Origin: Eubacteriales bacterium
GTDB lineage: Bacteria > Bacillota > Clostridia > Oscillospirales > CAG-272
DNA length: 64,000 nucleotides
Direction of reading: 5' to 3'
Assembly: GCA_045531795.1 (NCBI GenBank)
Contig: JAZSET010000028.1
Span: 33 to 64,032 of the forward strand
Shown piece after piece: positions 8,317 to 17,996 of the stretch. Numbering within the stretch: the stretch's first letter is position 1; each line of letters begins with the position of its first letter. The notes below the pieces were generated by a model, which saw only the letters and a list, made by a program, of their open reading frames with translations, was not told the DNA's origin and searched no databases. The position numbers and the translations under genes were made by a program.

Positions 8317-10820
8317 TTGTCTTTCCAGAATCTTCGGAGAAGTTCTCCAAGAGCAGTTGTGTCGCCAACAAGCTTCATGTGCTTCCAGTGAGCGGGATAC
8401 ATTGATGCATATTCCCGGGTTGCGTATCTGTCATCTATAAGGAGGATAGCACCCCGATCGGTTTCACTTCGGATAACACGGCCTGCCGCCTGCAGAACCT
8501 TTGTCATTCCCGGTATCCGGTAAGCATAGTCGTATCCTCGCATATAGTCATCGTCACACAGGTTGTTGTAATACTCGCAAATAAGATTTGAGTCATCATT
8601 TATAGACGGAAGCCCAACGCCTATGATAGCACAGCCAATGAGCTTTTCACCGGCAAAGTCAACACCCTCTGCAAAAACTCCGCCAAGAACGCCAAAGGCA
8701 AGCAGAGAGCCGTTTTTGTCGGTTGCTTTGCCCCCTTGCTTTGGCGAGTTGCTTTCAGAGGGATTTTTATCTGTAAAAAACGAAGAACCCCGGGCAAGTC
8801 CCAGTTCGGCAAAAATGTCGTTTTCTGGCGGGGGGAAATCTTCTGCCGGAGTAATGGGCGCATCTTTTTCAAAACTTTTTATATAATCACTTCGCTCGTT
8901 TTCGCTCATTTCGCTTTTTTGCAGCAAAGTTTTAATCTGTGGATAGCTCTTTATAAAAGCGGAATATACCTCACTCATATATTTGTATGATGGGAAGAAC
9001 GCGATATAATTGCCCTCTTTTCCGCTTATAAAGGTATAAAGAACCTTTACAAGAGCATTTGTGGTGGCTTTTCTGTCATCGAGTCTTGTGCTGAATTTAT
9101 ATGTTGTGGCAAGGCAGAGATTTTCCTTTGGAAAAGGGGATTCAAGTGTCAGTGTCAGGTCATTGTCGTCTCCGCCAAGTAAATTTTTATAGTAGTCAAG
9201 AGGCGACAGTGTTGCTGAAAACAGTATGGCGGATCTTCCCATTTCAAAACGGTTTTTCAAAACTGTTGACGGGTCAAGGCAGGTCTGCTTAAAGGTATAA
9301 TTTTCGTTTCTGTATTCTATGAGACTGACATATTTTTCGTCATAATATTCTGAAATCTTAAGGTACTTCTTTATTTCAAAATAAAGATTTACCATTTGCT
9401 CGGGAAGATCGGTTTTGCTCCTGAAATATATGTCAAATGACTCAATCAGGTCTGCAAGTTTGCCGTTAAGCTTGCCAAAGGGTTTAATGCTTTTAAAAAC
9501 GCCAAAATTTCCCGAAGTACCCGGCTTTACATCAACTAACTTGTTTGCACTTTTCATGTATTCAAGAGTGTCAACAAGCTTTGGATACAGCACTTTTTCT
9601 GCAGGGCTGATATTTAATAAAAGCGCCTCAATATCCTGGCTTTTTATGTAGTGCGAATACATATCTCTTGCCCGGTCTCCGAGATTGTGGGCTTCGTCTA
9701 CAAGGAAAATGTAGTCTCCGCCGTTTGTAAAATATCGTTTCAAAAATACAACAGGATCAAAAAGATAGTTGTAGTCGCAAATTACGAGCTCACACCACTC
9801 TGACAAATCAAGCGACAGTTCATACGGACAAACACTGTGCTTTTTGGCATAATATTGTATTTTTTCAAAATCGAATATATTATCGTTGCCGATAGCATCA
9901 AGAACAGCCTCATTTATTCTGTCATAATGACCGCAGGCGTTTTCGCACAAAGTGGGATCACAGGTATCAATTCCGGTCTGGCAGGCTCTTTCTCTGGCGC
10001 TTATTACAATACAGGAAGCAACAAGCCCCTTTTCGCACAATAGAGCAAATGCGTCTCTGGCGGCGTTGGCTATGGTTGTTTTTGATGTAAAATAGAATAT
10101 CTTTTTGCCGTAAGCACCCGATGCTGCCTTGATGGCAGGGAAGAGGGCTGACATAGTTTTGCCGATACCTGTGGGAGCTTCGGCAAAAAGCTTCTTTTTC
10201 GTGCAGATTGCTTCAAGAGCATATTCTGCAAAGGTGCGTTGCCCGTCTCTGTACTCTCCATAGGGGAAAGCAAGTTTTTTTGCACTTCTTATAAAGAGTT
10301 TTCGCCTTTCGAGGTGCTCCTTTTCTGATTTCACATACTCTGAAACCAGGTTTTCAACAAACGAAGAAAGGTCACTTGTTGCAAAGTAGTAATCATAGTT
10401 TACCGTATCTTCATTCTGAATATAACAATATGTAAGTCTGACAGTAATACTGTCAAGATTCTTTTCTTCTGCGTACATATAAGCATAGCAGATTGCCTGT
10501 GCAAGGTGAGTGGGACAAAAATCACGCTCGATTTGGTTTAAGGGTACATTTATGCATTTTATTTCTTCGAGAATATATCCGTCATCAGTCTGAATAATTC
10601 CGTCGGCTCTGCCTATCAGAAATATGCTTGTGTCTTCAATTTCAAATAATTTTTTTAATGTAACCTCAGGCGCATAAACTGCACCGCCTTTTTTCTGGAG
10701 CATACTGTGAAGCCTGATGCTTTCCACAACACGGAAAGCTCCGTGACGCATATCAATATTACCGCTTGGCATCATTTTTTCGCAAAGCTCACGCACCGGC
10801 ACGGAAAGTATCTCGTTCAT
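8313..10820 (-). CDS. XPD/DinG-family Fe-S ATP-dependent DNA helicase with an N-terminal PD-(D/E)XK-like nuclease motif
   Basis: Walker A (EAPTGIGKT), DEAH box (LVDEAHNL), a four-Cys cluster (CQTGIDTCDPTLCENACGHY) and the C-terminal helicase motif QAAGRVIRS. The N-terminus has GRADGII...EEIKC. The start was set at MNEILS, preceded by AAAGGAGAA. Confidence 0.8.
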   Translation of the reverse strand: MNEILSVPVRELCEKMMPSGNIDMRHGAFRVVESIRLHSMLQKKGGAVYAPEVTLKKLFEIEDTSIFLIGRADGIIQTDDGYILEEIKCINVPLNQIERDFCPTHLAQAICYAYMYAEEKNLDSITVRLTYCYIQNEDTVNYDYYFATSDLSSFVENLVSEYVKSEKEHLERRKLFIRSAKKLAFPYGEYRDGQRTFAEYALEAICTKKKLFAEAPTGIGKTMSALFPAIKAASGAYGKKIFYFTSKTTIANAARDAFALLCEKGLVASCIVISARERACQTGIDTCDPTLCENACGHYDRINEAVLDAIGNDNIFDFEKIQYYAKKHSVCPYELSLDLSEWCELVICDYNYLFDPVVFLKRYFTNGGDYIFLVDEAHNLGDRARDMYSHYIKSQDIEALLLNISPAEKVLYPKLVDTLEYMKSANKLVDVKPGTSGNFGVFKSIKPFGKLNGKLADLIESFDIYFRSKTDLPEQMVNLYFEIKKYLKISEYYDEKYVSLIEYRNENYTFKQTCLDPSTVLKNRFEMGRSAILFSATLSPLDYYKNLLGGDDNDLTLTLESPFPKENLCLATTYKFSTRLDDRKATTNALVKVLYTFISGKEGNYIAFFPSYKYMSEVYSAFIKSYPQIKTLLQKSEMSENERSDYIKSFEKDAPITPAEDFPPPENDIFAELGLARGSSFFTDKNPSESNSPKQGGKATDKNGSLLAFGVLGGVFAEGVDFAGEKLIGCAIIGVGLPSINDDSNLICEYYNNLCDDDYMRGYDYAYRIPGMTKVLQAAGRVIRSETDRGAILLIDDRYATREYASMYPAHWKHMKLVGDTTALGELLRRFWKDK

Positions 10821-10985
10821 ACAGTTTCTCCTTTCGCATATTTTATAAATATATTTTATACCAAAAAGCAAAAATATGCAACACCTATTTCAGAGTTTTA
10901 TCAACGCCCTTGCATAGTTTATTAAACTATGATATAATATTATACAGCTTTAGTGCTAAAACTTATATAAGGAAGTCTCCTTTGT

Positions 10986-11801
10986 ATGGATTGTAAAATA
11001 CTTGCCTGTCCGAAATGCGGACAAGCATTAGACAGACAAAACAACTCTCTCATATGTGAAAACAGGCATACCTACGATTTTTCCGCAAGTGGGTATGTAA
11101 ACTTCAACCTGAAGCAAAATATATCGGGAGATTCTCCCGAAATGGTACACGCCCGTTCCCGGTTTTTAGACGCAGGCTACTATGAAGTTCTTGCAAACGA
11201 GGTAAACAGAATACTCTCTGATCTGTCTGCAAAGACCGTTGTTGACGCAGGGTGCGGAGAGGGATATTATTCGTCGGTATTTGCAAAAAAAGACGAAAAT
11301 CGGTTTGTTTATGGCTTTGATCTTTCAAAAACGGCTGTAAACAAGGCTGCAAAAAGAGTTTTAAACAAAACAGAAAACGCACTTTTTATGGTGTCTTCAA
11401 TATTTGAAATGCCCATAAGTGACAAAGCGGTGGACTCCGTAGTGAGCATATTTGCGCCCGTAGCGTGGGAGGAATTTGCGCGTATAATAAAGCCCGGCGG
11501 CCATCTTGTGATTTGTGCCGCAGGCAAGGACCATTTACTTGGGCTTAAAAAGGCAATATATGATGACGTATATCTTAACACTCCCGAAAAGCTTGTACCC
11601 GGCGAGGGCTTTGTTGAGATATCAAGGAAAAATCTCAATTATACGGTGGAAATCAGTGATAATCAGGGGATTTGCGATCTGTTTGCGATGACTCCTTATT
11701 ATTGGAAAACATCAAAAGATGATGCTGCAAAGCTTAAAGAACTGGATGTACTGGAAACGGTACTTGATTTTGATATATTTGTGTTTGAAAGGTCGAAATA
11801 A
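10986..11801 (+). CDS. RlmA-like 23S rRNA (guanine-N1)-methyltransferase
   Basis: N-terminal Zn-ribbon signature (LACPKCGQAL...LICENRHTYDFSASGYVNF) and a SAM-binding motif (VVDAGCGEGYY). Confidence 0.75.
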   Translation: MDCKILACPKCGQALDRQNNSLICENRHTYDFSASGYVNFNLKQNISGDSPEMVHARSRFLDAGYYEVLANEVNRILSDLSAKTVVDAGCGEGYYSSVFAKKDENRFVYGFDLSKTAVNKAAKRVLNKTENALFMVSSIFEMPISDKAVDSVVSIFAPVAWEEFARIIKPGGHLVICAAGKDHLLGLKKAIYDDVYLNTPEKLVPGEGFVEISRKNLNYTVEISDNQGICDLFAMTPYYWKTSKDDAAKLKELDVLETVLDFDIFVFERSK

Positions 11802-11803
11802 GA

Positions 11804-12511
11804 ATGAAGATATCCATTATTATACCTGCATATAACGAGAGTGCGGTAATAAAGGAAAAAATGACAACTCTTGACAGCTGGTGCCGGGATAATCTTGCGG
11901 ATTATGAAATTATAATAGTGAATGACGGAAGCCGGGATAATACCTGGGATATAGTTAAAAACGAGCTTGTCTGCGACCACATAATTGATGCGGGATATGA
12001 CGATAACCGCGGAAAGGGAGGGGCACTGAAAGCGGGCGTTGCTGCAAGCCGGGGAGACATCATTGTCACGACGGACTGCGACCTTGCTTACGGCTGTGAT
12101 GTTATTGGACAAGCGGTAAGGGTAATGGAAAATGATCCGCTTATAAAGGTGCTTATAGGCTCACGAAGCAAAGCGAAGAATGGTTTTGCGGGATATCCGC
12201 TTATAAGAAAGCTCGCGTCAAAGGTGTATTTTAAGGTTTTATCAACATATTCCGGACTGAAGGTGAGCGATTCTCAGTGCGGCTTTAAATGTTATGAAAG
12301 AGAAACGGCAAAAAAACTGTTTTCAGAGCTTGAATCGACAGGTTTTGCTTTTGACCTTGAAATATTACTCAGAGCAAAAAACAACAAGATTGATATACAC
12401 GAAATGCCTGTGAAAATCAAAAGTCACGGCAATTCAAAAATAAATGTTTTTAAAGAAACATTCAGAATGCTACGCGAAGCCTCTGAAATCAAGAAGCGTT
12501 TAGTAAAATAA
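11804..12511 (+). CDS. Family 2 glycosyltransferase (polyprenyl-phosphate glycosyltransferase-like)
   Basis: ISIIIPAYNE...IIIVNDGSRDNT...TDCDL, typical of GT2. Confidence 0.8.
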   Translation: MKISIIIPAYNESAVIKEKMTTLDSWCRDNLADYEIIIVNDGSRDNTWDIVKNELVCDHIIDAGYDDNRGKGGALKAGVAASRGDIIVTTDCDLAYGCDVIGQAVRVMENDPLIKVLIGSRSKAKNGFAGYPLIRKLASKVYFKVLSTYSGLKVSDSQCGFKCYERETAKKLFSELESTGFAFDLEILLRAKNNKIDIHEMPVKIKSHGNSKINVFKETFRMLREASEIKKRLVK

Positions 12512-12529
12512 GAATAGGAGAGGATTTAT

Positions 12530-13666
12530 ATGATAAGAATGATACACACGGCTGATTTGCATCTTGACAGCCCCTTTTCTATGCTTGATTTGCAGAAATC
12601 AGAGATGCGAAGACAGGAAATGAGAGAGTCATTTCAAGCTCTTATAAATCTTGCGCACTCAACAAACACAAATCTGATGATTATAGCAGGGGATCTGTTT
12701 GACGGAGCCTTTGTAACTCACGAAACTTTAAATATGCTTGTCCGTGGATTTGAGGCAATTCCCGAATGCAGGGTGGTGATTGCTCCCGGCAACCACGACT
12801 TTGCGGGAGAAAACGGAGTCTGGGGCAAAATAAAATTTTCAGATAATGTATATGTATTTAGTTCATCTGAAATTGAGTCTTTTGATTTCCCTGAAATAAA
12901 CTGTACGGTATACGGTTACGCATTTGTTTCAAACAAAATGGAAAGATGCCCGATAAATACGGCAGTGATCAGGGATAAAACAAGGGTTAATATACTTGCA
13001 GCCCATGCAGATATGTTGTCTCCTATATCAATGTATGCACCTCTTAACGAAAGAGATTTAGAGAGGGCGGGTTTTGATTATACGGCTCTTGGACATATAC
13101 ATAATACCGACCTTGTCAAAGAACTTGACTGCGGCGGATTTTACGCATACTCCGGATGCCTTGAGGGCAGAGGCTTTGATGAAACAGGAGAAAAGGGCGT
13201 CATAAGCGCAAGACTTGAAAAAAGCGACGGAAAGCTTGCCTTTGATTCAAAATTCATTCCGTTTTCGAAGAGAATATATGTAAAGCATACCCTTGATGTA
13301 ACGGGATGCGAAAACAACGCAGCAGTGCTTGCAAAGATAAATGAATGTATTAAGTCGGAGGGCTTTGGTGACAAGCACGCAGTGAGATTTATATTAACGG
13401 GACTTTTGGACCCGTCAACAAGAATATTTACTCATTATATTGAAGAACAGATAACTGCTCTGTTTTTGTGTAAAGTTTGTGACGAGACTATTCCTCTTTA
13501 TAAATGTGCATATCTTGAAAGTGACCCGTCAATAAAGGGCGCAGTATTCGACAAACTGAGACCTATGCTCGAGGGAGCAGATGATGAACAAAGAGAAATC
13601 GCCTCAATGGCATTAAGATATGCTCTTGTAGCTTTGTCGGGCGGCGAAACAACAGATTTCACTTAA
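12530..13666 (+). CDS. SbcD/YhaO-like metallophosphoesterase DNA-repair exonuclease
   Basis: IHTADLHLDSPF, AGDLFD, GNHD and GHIH calcineurin-like motifs. Confidence 0.8.
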   Translation: MIRMIHTADLHLDSPFSMLDLQKSEMRRQEMRESFQALINLAHSTNTNLMIIAGDLFDGAFVTHETLNMLVRGFEAIPECRVVIAPGNHDFAGENGVWGKIKFSDNVYVFSSSEIESFDFPEINCTVYGYAFVSNKMERCPINTAVIRDKTRVNILAAHADMLSPISMYAPLNERDLERAGFDYTALGHIHNTDLVKELDCGGFYAYSGCLEGRGFDETGEKGVISARLEKSDGKLAFDSKFIPFSKRIYVKHTLDVTGCENNAAVLAKINECIKSEGFGDKHAVRFILTGLLDPSTRIFTHYIEEQITALFLCKVCDETIPLYKCAYLESDPSIKGAVFDKLRPMLEGADDEQREIASMALRYALVALSGGETTDFT

Positions 13667-13683
13667 AAGAAAGCGGTGAAAAA

Positions 13684-15942
13684 ATGATTATAGAAAAAAT
13701 ACAGATTGACAGCTTTGGTAACCTGCAGGATAAGTGCATCGAGCTTTCAAACGGCGTAAATATAATCGAGGGAGCCAATGAGTCGGGCAAATCAACCATT
13801 GCAGCATTTATAAGATTTGTTTTTTACGGACTTTCAAACAAGAGCATTGATAAAGGTATAAGTGAAAGAGACAGATATATAAACTGGAACACAGGCTCTG
13901 CGGGAGGGTTTATTGAGCTTTCCGATGCCGGAGGCAGGTACCGTGTAGAGCGCACAATGATAGTTTCAAGTGCGGGAAGTGACGGCAAGAAGGCATATAG
14001 AGAGGGCGTACAGATTGTTGATTTGTCAAACAACTCTCCCGTCAAGGGAGAAACAAATCCCGGGGAATATTTTTTCGGTGTGGACAAGGAATTGTTTGAA
14101 AAGACGGCTTTTGTCAGTCAGCTTACTGGAACTAAAGTTGACGGAAGTAAACTTCTCGAAAATATTGAGAATATTTTGTTTTCCGCAAGTGAAAACATAA
14201 ATATTACAAAGGCGCTTAAAAAACTTGATGCTTCACGAGTGCTGCTTTTACATAAAAACGGTGGCGGCGGAAAGATTTTTGAGCTTGAAACAAAGGCGGC
14301 AGCATTTGAAGCAAAGCTTGAGGATGCAAAAAGAATAAGTGAGGAAATTTTAAATACAGAAAGCTCACTCAGAGAAGCGAAAAACGGCCTGGAATCGGCA
14401 CTGAAAAAGAGAGACAAGCTGAAGTGTGAAATAAAGGGATTTGAAAATTCCGCTGTACTTGCGCTGTTTGATAAGCTCCATTCATTTGAAAAAAGCATTG
14501 ATGGGTCAAAGGGGAAATTGGCACAAATTATTGAAAAATACACGGTTGATAACTTCTTCCCTGACGAATCTTATTTAAAGGAGCTTGAAAAAGCGATAGA
14601 TGAACTTGAAACTGCACGCAACGAGGGCGCTCTTATAGAAAAAGAACTTGAAGCGGCAAGGGCTCAGTCGGCACTTAACGAACAAAGCAACTCATCAGAG
14701 GAAGAACTTGAAAGAATAAAGGAAACATATCAAGGAATCCTTGCGGGAAAGCACACAAATACCGTTATGGCGACAGTATTTGCAATAATAGCTTTTGTTT
14801 TCGTTTCTGTTGCGTTTGCAGGCATATACTTTGATATTGCAGCAGATATCGGGAAAATACTTTTGTTTTCTGCGGCTCTGCCTCTTGTGCTATTTGTTGT
14901 TTTTCTTTCGCTTTCTTTATCAAAAGCCGGAAAGCTCAAAGTCTTTTTGAAAAGCTACGGTGTATCTGATAAAGCGCGCTTTGAGGAATTTCTGAAAGCA
15001 AAAGAAACAGAAAGCAGAAAAAGCGAAGATCTTGTTTGGGCAGTTGAAAACAAGCATAAAAACGCACTCGAAAGAACTGCTTCGGCAGAGAACAAGGTAA
15101 AAGAAGCAAACTGTTGGCGGTATGTCAGCGATCCGGAAGAAAATCTGAAAGCAGCTATTGTTGCAAATGCCGAGGCGACTGACGCAAAGGCTGAATATGA
15201 TAAGCTTTGTGAGATGAAGTCAATGCTTGAGAAACAGCTTGAGATGCATAATGAAGCAGAATTAAGAGAAAGTTTTGAAGGTATGATCTCCGTATCAGAT
15301 GTAAATGCCGCAAATGTCGGAGAGAAACGACGGGAGTATGAGTTCTACGACAAAGCGTCAGAAACGCTTGACAGTCGTATACATGAGCTTGAAAAAACTC
15401 TTGCGTCGCTGTATCCCCAGGCAGAAAACCCTGCACGGATTGCCGAAAAGATAGAGCTTGCAAAGAGTGTAGCAAAGGAATACAGAAAAAAGCACGCAGC
15501 ATACCTGCTTGCATACTCAAAAATCGAGGAAGCAGGGGACAGTATGCGTGACAGCATATCTCCAAAGCTTGCGGACTTTACAAGCAAGATAATGAGCGAG
15601 CTTACATGTGGCAAATATTCTGAAATCGGAATAAACTCAGACTTAAAGGTGACGGTGCGTACAGAGAGTGGTATGCGAGAGCTTGAATATTTAAGCGCAG
15701 GTACCCAGGATATAGTATATGTGAGCCTGAGACTTGCACTTATAAATACGCTTTTCAGGAAAAATTCACCGCCGGTTATCTTTGACGAAAGTTTTTCGAG
15801 ACTTGATGATACAAGACTCTGGGAAATGCTCAACCTATTGAATCTTACAAGCAAGAGCACGCAAAGCATACTTTTGACATCTAACTCGAGGGAAACTCAT
15901 CTTGCAAAGGAACTTTCAAGTATTTCTGACATTAAAATCTGA
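13684..15942 (+). CDS. SbcC/Rad50/YhaN-like AAA ATPase with a central transmembrane hairpin
   Basis: N-terminal Walker A (GANESGKST), long coiled-coil-like E/K-rich regions, a C-terminal signature (LSAGTQD) and Walker B (VIFDESF). Two hydrophobic helices lie at about aa 355-415. Confidence 0.75.
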   Translation: MIIEKIQIDSFGNLQDKCIELSNGVNIIEGANESGKSTIAAFIRFVFYGLSNKSIDKGISERDRYINWNTGSAGGFIELSDAGGRYRVERTMIVSSAGSDGKKAYREGVQIVDLSNNSPVKGETNPGEYFFGVDKELFEKTAFVSQLTGTKVDGSKLLENIENILFSASENINITKALKKLDASRVLLLHKNGGGGKIFELETKAAAFEAKLEDAKRISEEILNTESSLREAKNGLESALKKRDKLKCEIKGFENSAVLALFDKLHSFEKSIDGSKGKLAQIIEKYTVDNFFPDESYLKELEKAIDELETARNEGALIEKELEAARAQSALNEQSNSSEEELERIKETYQGILAGKHTNTVMATVFAIIAFVFVSVAFAGIYFDIAADIGKILLFSAALPLVLFVVFLSLSLSKAGKLKVFLKSYGVSDKARFEEFLKAKETESRKSEDLVWAVENKHKNALERTASAENKVKEANCWRYVSDPEENLKAAIVANAEATDAKAEYDKLCEMKSMLEKQLEMHNEAELRESFEGMISVSDVNAANVGEKRREYEFYDKASETLDSRIHELEKTLASLYPQAENPARIAEKIELAKSVAKEYRKKHAAYLLAYSKIEEAGDSMRDSISPKLADFTSKIMSELTCGKYSEIGINSDLKVTVRTESGMRELEYLSAGTQDIVYVSLRLALINTLFRKNSPPVIFDESFSRLDDTRLWEMLNLLNLTSKSTQSILLTSNSRETHLAKELSSISDIKI

Positions 15943-15980
15943 TAAAAAACACATATTGTGAAAAAATTAGCAAAAAACTA

Positions 15981-16009
15981 TTGACAAACTGAAAATAATT
16001 TGATATAAT
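15981..16009 (+). promoter_or_regulatory. sigma-A promoter driving the glycine riboswitch leader
   Basis: TTGACA (15981-15986), 17-nt spacer, extended -10 TGATATAAT (16001-16009). Confidence 0.6.
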
Positions 16010-16038
16010 TTCAGCCATAATAGAAAAGCTAAGTGATA

Positions 16039-16198
16039 AATGCAGAAAAAAGTCAAATGACTTACCGAAGAAGTAAAACTTTCAGGTGCCGTGAAACGGT
16101 AGAGACTGCATTTTGATAGCTCTCTGGAGAATCCCGCTTACGGGTGCCGAAGGTGCAAAGAAGCAATAGCTTCCAATCTCTCAGGCAAAAGGACAGAG
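16039..16198 (+). promoter_or_regulatory. Glycine riboswitch (canonical 3' aptamer plus a divergent 5' aptamer)
   Basis: 16122-16198 carries CTCTGGAGA...GCCGAAGGTGCAA...CTCTCAGGCAAAAGGACAGAG, matching the glycine aptamer core. 16039-16112 has a P1 stem (AATGCAG/CTGCATT) and ACCGAAGAAGTAA but a degenerate core. It lies upstream of an alanine/glycine symporter. Confidence 0.8.
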
Positions 16199-16246
16199 TG
16201 AAAATCAACCGTTACAGGTGTTTTTTGTGTTTTGTCTTAAAGTAAG

Positions 16247-16272
16247 CCGTTCTCTCGGGAGAACGGCTTTTA
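16247..16272 (+). terminator. Riboswitch expression-platform terminator
   Basis: GCCGTTCTC-TCGG-GAGAACGGC followed by TTTT, located between the aptamers and the RBS. Confidence 0.7.
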
Positions 16273-16305
16273 TATTTATATTTTTTGAAAGGATGGTTTA
16301 TAACC

Positions 16306-17841
16306 ATGACACAGTTTTTAGAAGCAGTCACCAAATATAACAACGAAGTAAATGCCGTTGTTTGGGGTGCACTCGGACTTGTGCTTCTTATTGGAACAGG
16401 TATTTTAACCACAGTGCTTACAAAGTTTTTCCAGGTGAGCCATATCGGTCTTTGGTGGAAGAATACGATAGGAAGTCTTTTTAAGAAGGATGTAATCGGA
16501 CATTCCAAGGACAAGAAATCAATTTCGCCTTTCCAGGCGCTCTGTACAGCGCTTGCCGCAACAATAGGTGTTGGTAACATTGCCGGCGTTGCAGCGGCTA
16601 TATGTGTTGGTGGCCCCGGAGCAGTATTCTGGATGTGGGTTGCCGCTTTCTTTGGTATGATGACAAACTATTCAGAAAATGTTCTTGGACTTTACTATCG
16701 TCGCAGAAATGCAAACGGCGAATGGTCGGGTGGAGCAATGTACTATTTAAGAGACGGCTTAGGCTCTTATAAGGGTTGCAAATGGATAGGAAAGATCCTC
16801 GCAGTTTTATTCTGTATTTTTACACTTCTTGCTTCATTTGGTATTGGAGCTATGGGACAGATTAACAAGATTGTTATCAATGTTACATCTGCGTTCAACA
16901 TCAATGCACTTTCATCGGTCGAGGTGTTTGACGGTGTTTCCCTTTATTCTGTAATACTCGGCGCAGTTCTTGTTATAATTGCAGCTCTTATCACACTCGG
17001 TGGACTTAAGAGAATCGCATCCTTTGCAGAAAAGGTAGTACCTTTTATGGTAGTACTTTTTGTTGCAGGAAGCCTTGTGCTTATCGGTGTAAATTACGCC
17101 GGAATCCTTCCTGCTTTCAAGGCGATCTTTACTTATGCGTTCAGCCTTGAGGCAGTAGCCGGAGGTACTCTCGGTGCATTCATTTCAACTGTAGTACAGC
17201 AGGGCTTCAAGAGAGGTGTATTTTCTAACGAGGCAGGTCTCGGCTCTTCGGTTATGGTTCACTCGAACTCTAACATCAAGGAGCCTGTAAAGCAGGGTAT
17301 GTGGGGTATCTTCGAGGTGTTTGCGGATACAATGATCGTTTGTACTATCACAGCACTTGTAGTTCTCACCTCCGGACTTTACGATCTCTCAAGCCTCTCA
17401 CTCGCAGAGGGTGTTACAGACGCAACTCTCGTAGCACAGGCATTTGACTCGGTATTTGGTTTTGGCATAGGTCTTGGAGCTAAGTTTGTTGCAATTGCAA
17501 TTGCACTCTTTGCTTTCACAACAGTTCTCGGCTGGGATCATTATGGTTCAAAGGCTTGGGAATATCTCTTTGGTGCAAAGACAACAAACATATACAAGGT
17601 AATTCACCTTGTTACTATATTTATGGGTGCAGTACTTACTTCCAGCCTTGCGTGGGATATCTCCGATACATTCAATGGACTTATGATGATACCTAACCTT
17701 ATTGGTGTTATTGCTCTTTCGGGACTTGTTATGAAGATAACCAAAAACTATATCGACAGAGAAGTTAAGAAAAAAGATGTAAAGCCTGTTCGCTCGGCGT
17801 TTGAGGACATTGAAAAGGAATACGACAAAAATAACGACTAA
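16306..17841 (+). CDS. Alanine/glycine:cation symporter (AGCS family)
   Basis: Signature SPFQALCTALAATIGVGNIAGVA in a polytopic protein. The start was set at MTQFLEAV after GAAAGGATGG. Confidence 0.9.
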   Translation: MTQFLEAVTKYNNEVNAVVWGALGLVLLIGTGILTTVLTKFFQVSHIGLWWKNTIGSLFKKDVIGHSKDKKSISPFQALCTALAATIGVGNIAGVAAAICVGGPGAVFWMWVAAFFGMMTNYSENVLGLYYRRRNANGEWSGGAMYYLRDGLGSYKGCKWIGKILAVLFCIFTLLASFGIGAMGQINKIVINVTSAFNINALSSVEVFDGVSLYSVILGAVLVIIAALITLGGLKRIASFAEKVVPFMVVLFVAGSLVLIGVNYAGILPAFKAIFTYAFSLEAVAGGTLGAFISTVVQQGFKRGVFSNEAGLGSSVMVHSNSNIKEPVKQGMWGIFEVFADTMIVCTITALVVLTSGLYDLSSLSLAEGVTDATLVAQAFDSVFGFGIGLGAKFVAIAIALFAFTTVLGWDHYGSKAWEYLFGAKTTNIYKVIHLVTIFMGAVLTSSLAWDISDTFNGLMMIPNLIGVIALSGLVMKITKNYIDREVKKKDVKPVRSAFEDIEKEYDKNND

Positions 17842-17860
17842 TATCCTATAATCGCTTTGT

Positions 17861-17903
17861 AAAAGCCACATGGCACACCTTTTGGTGTGCCATGTGGTAT
17901 TTT
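17861..17903 (+). terminator. Terminator after the symporter gene
   Basis: 14-bp stem CCACATGGCACACC-TTTT-GGTGTGCCATGTGG followed by a T-rich tail. Confidence 0.6.
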
Positions 17904-17996
17904 ATAGGGTTTTGCGAAATATGGTACAGCATAAGTTGTAAACACAATATGGGTGTAAAAAATGAACGGAGCACGGGTTAAGTGCTCCGTATATTT

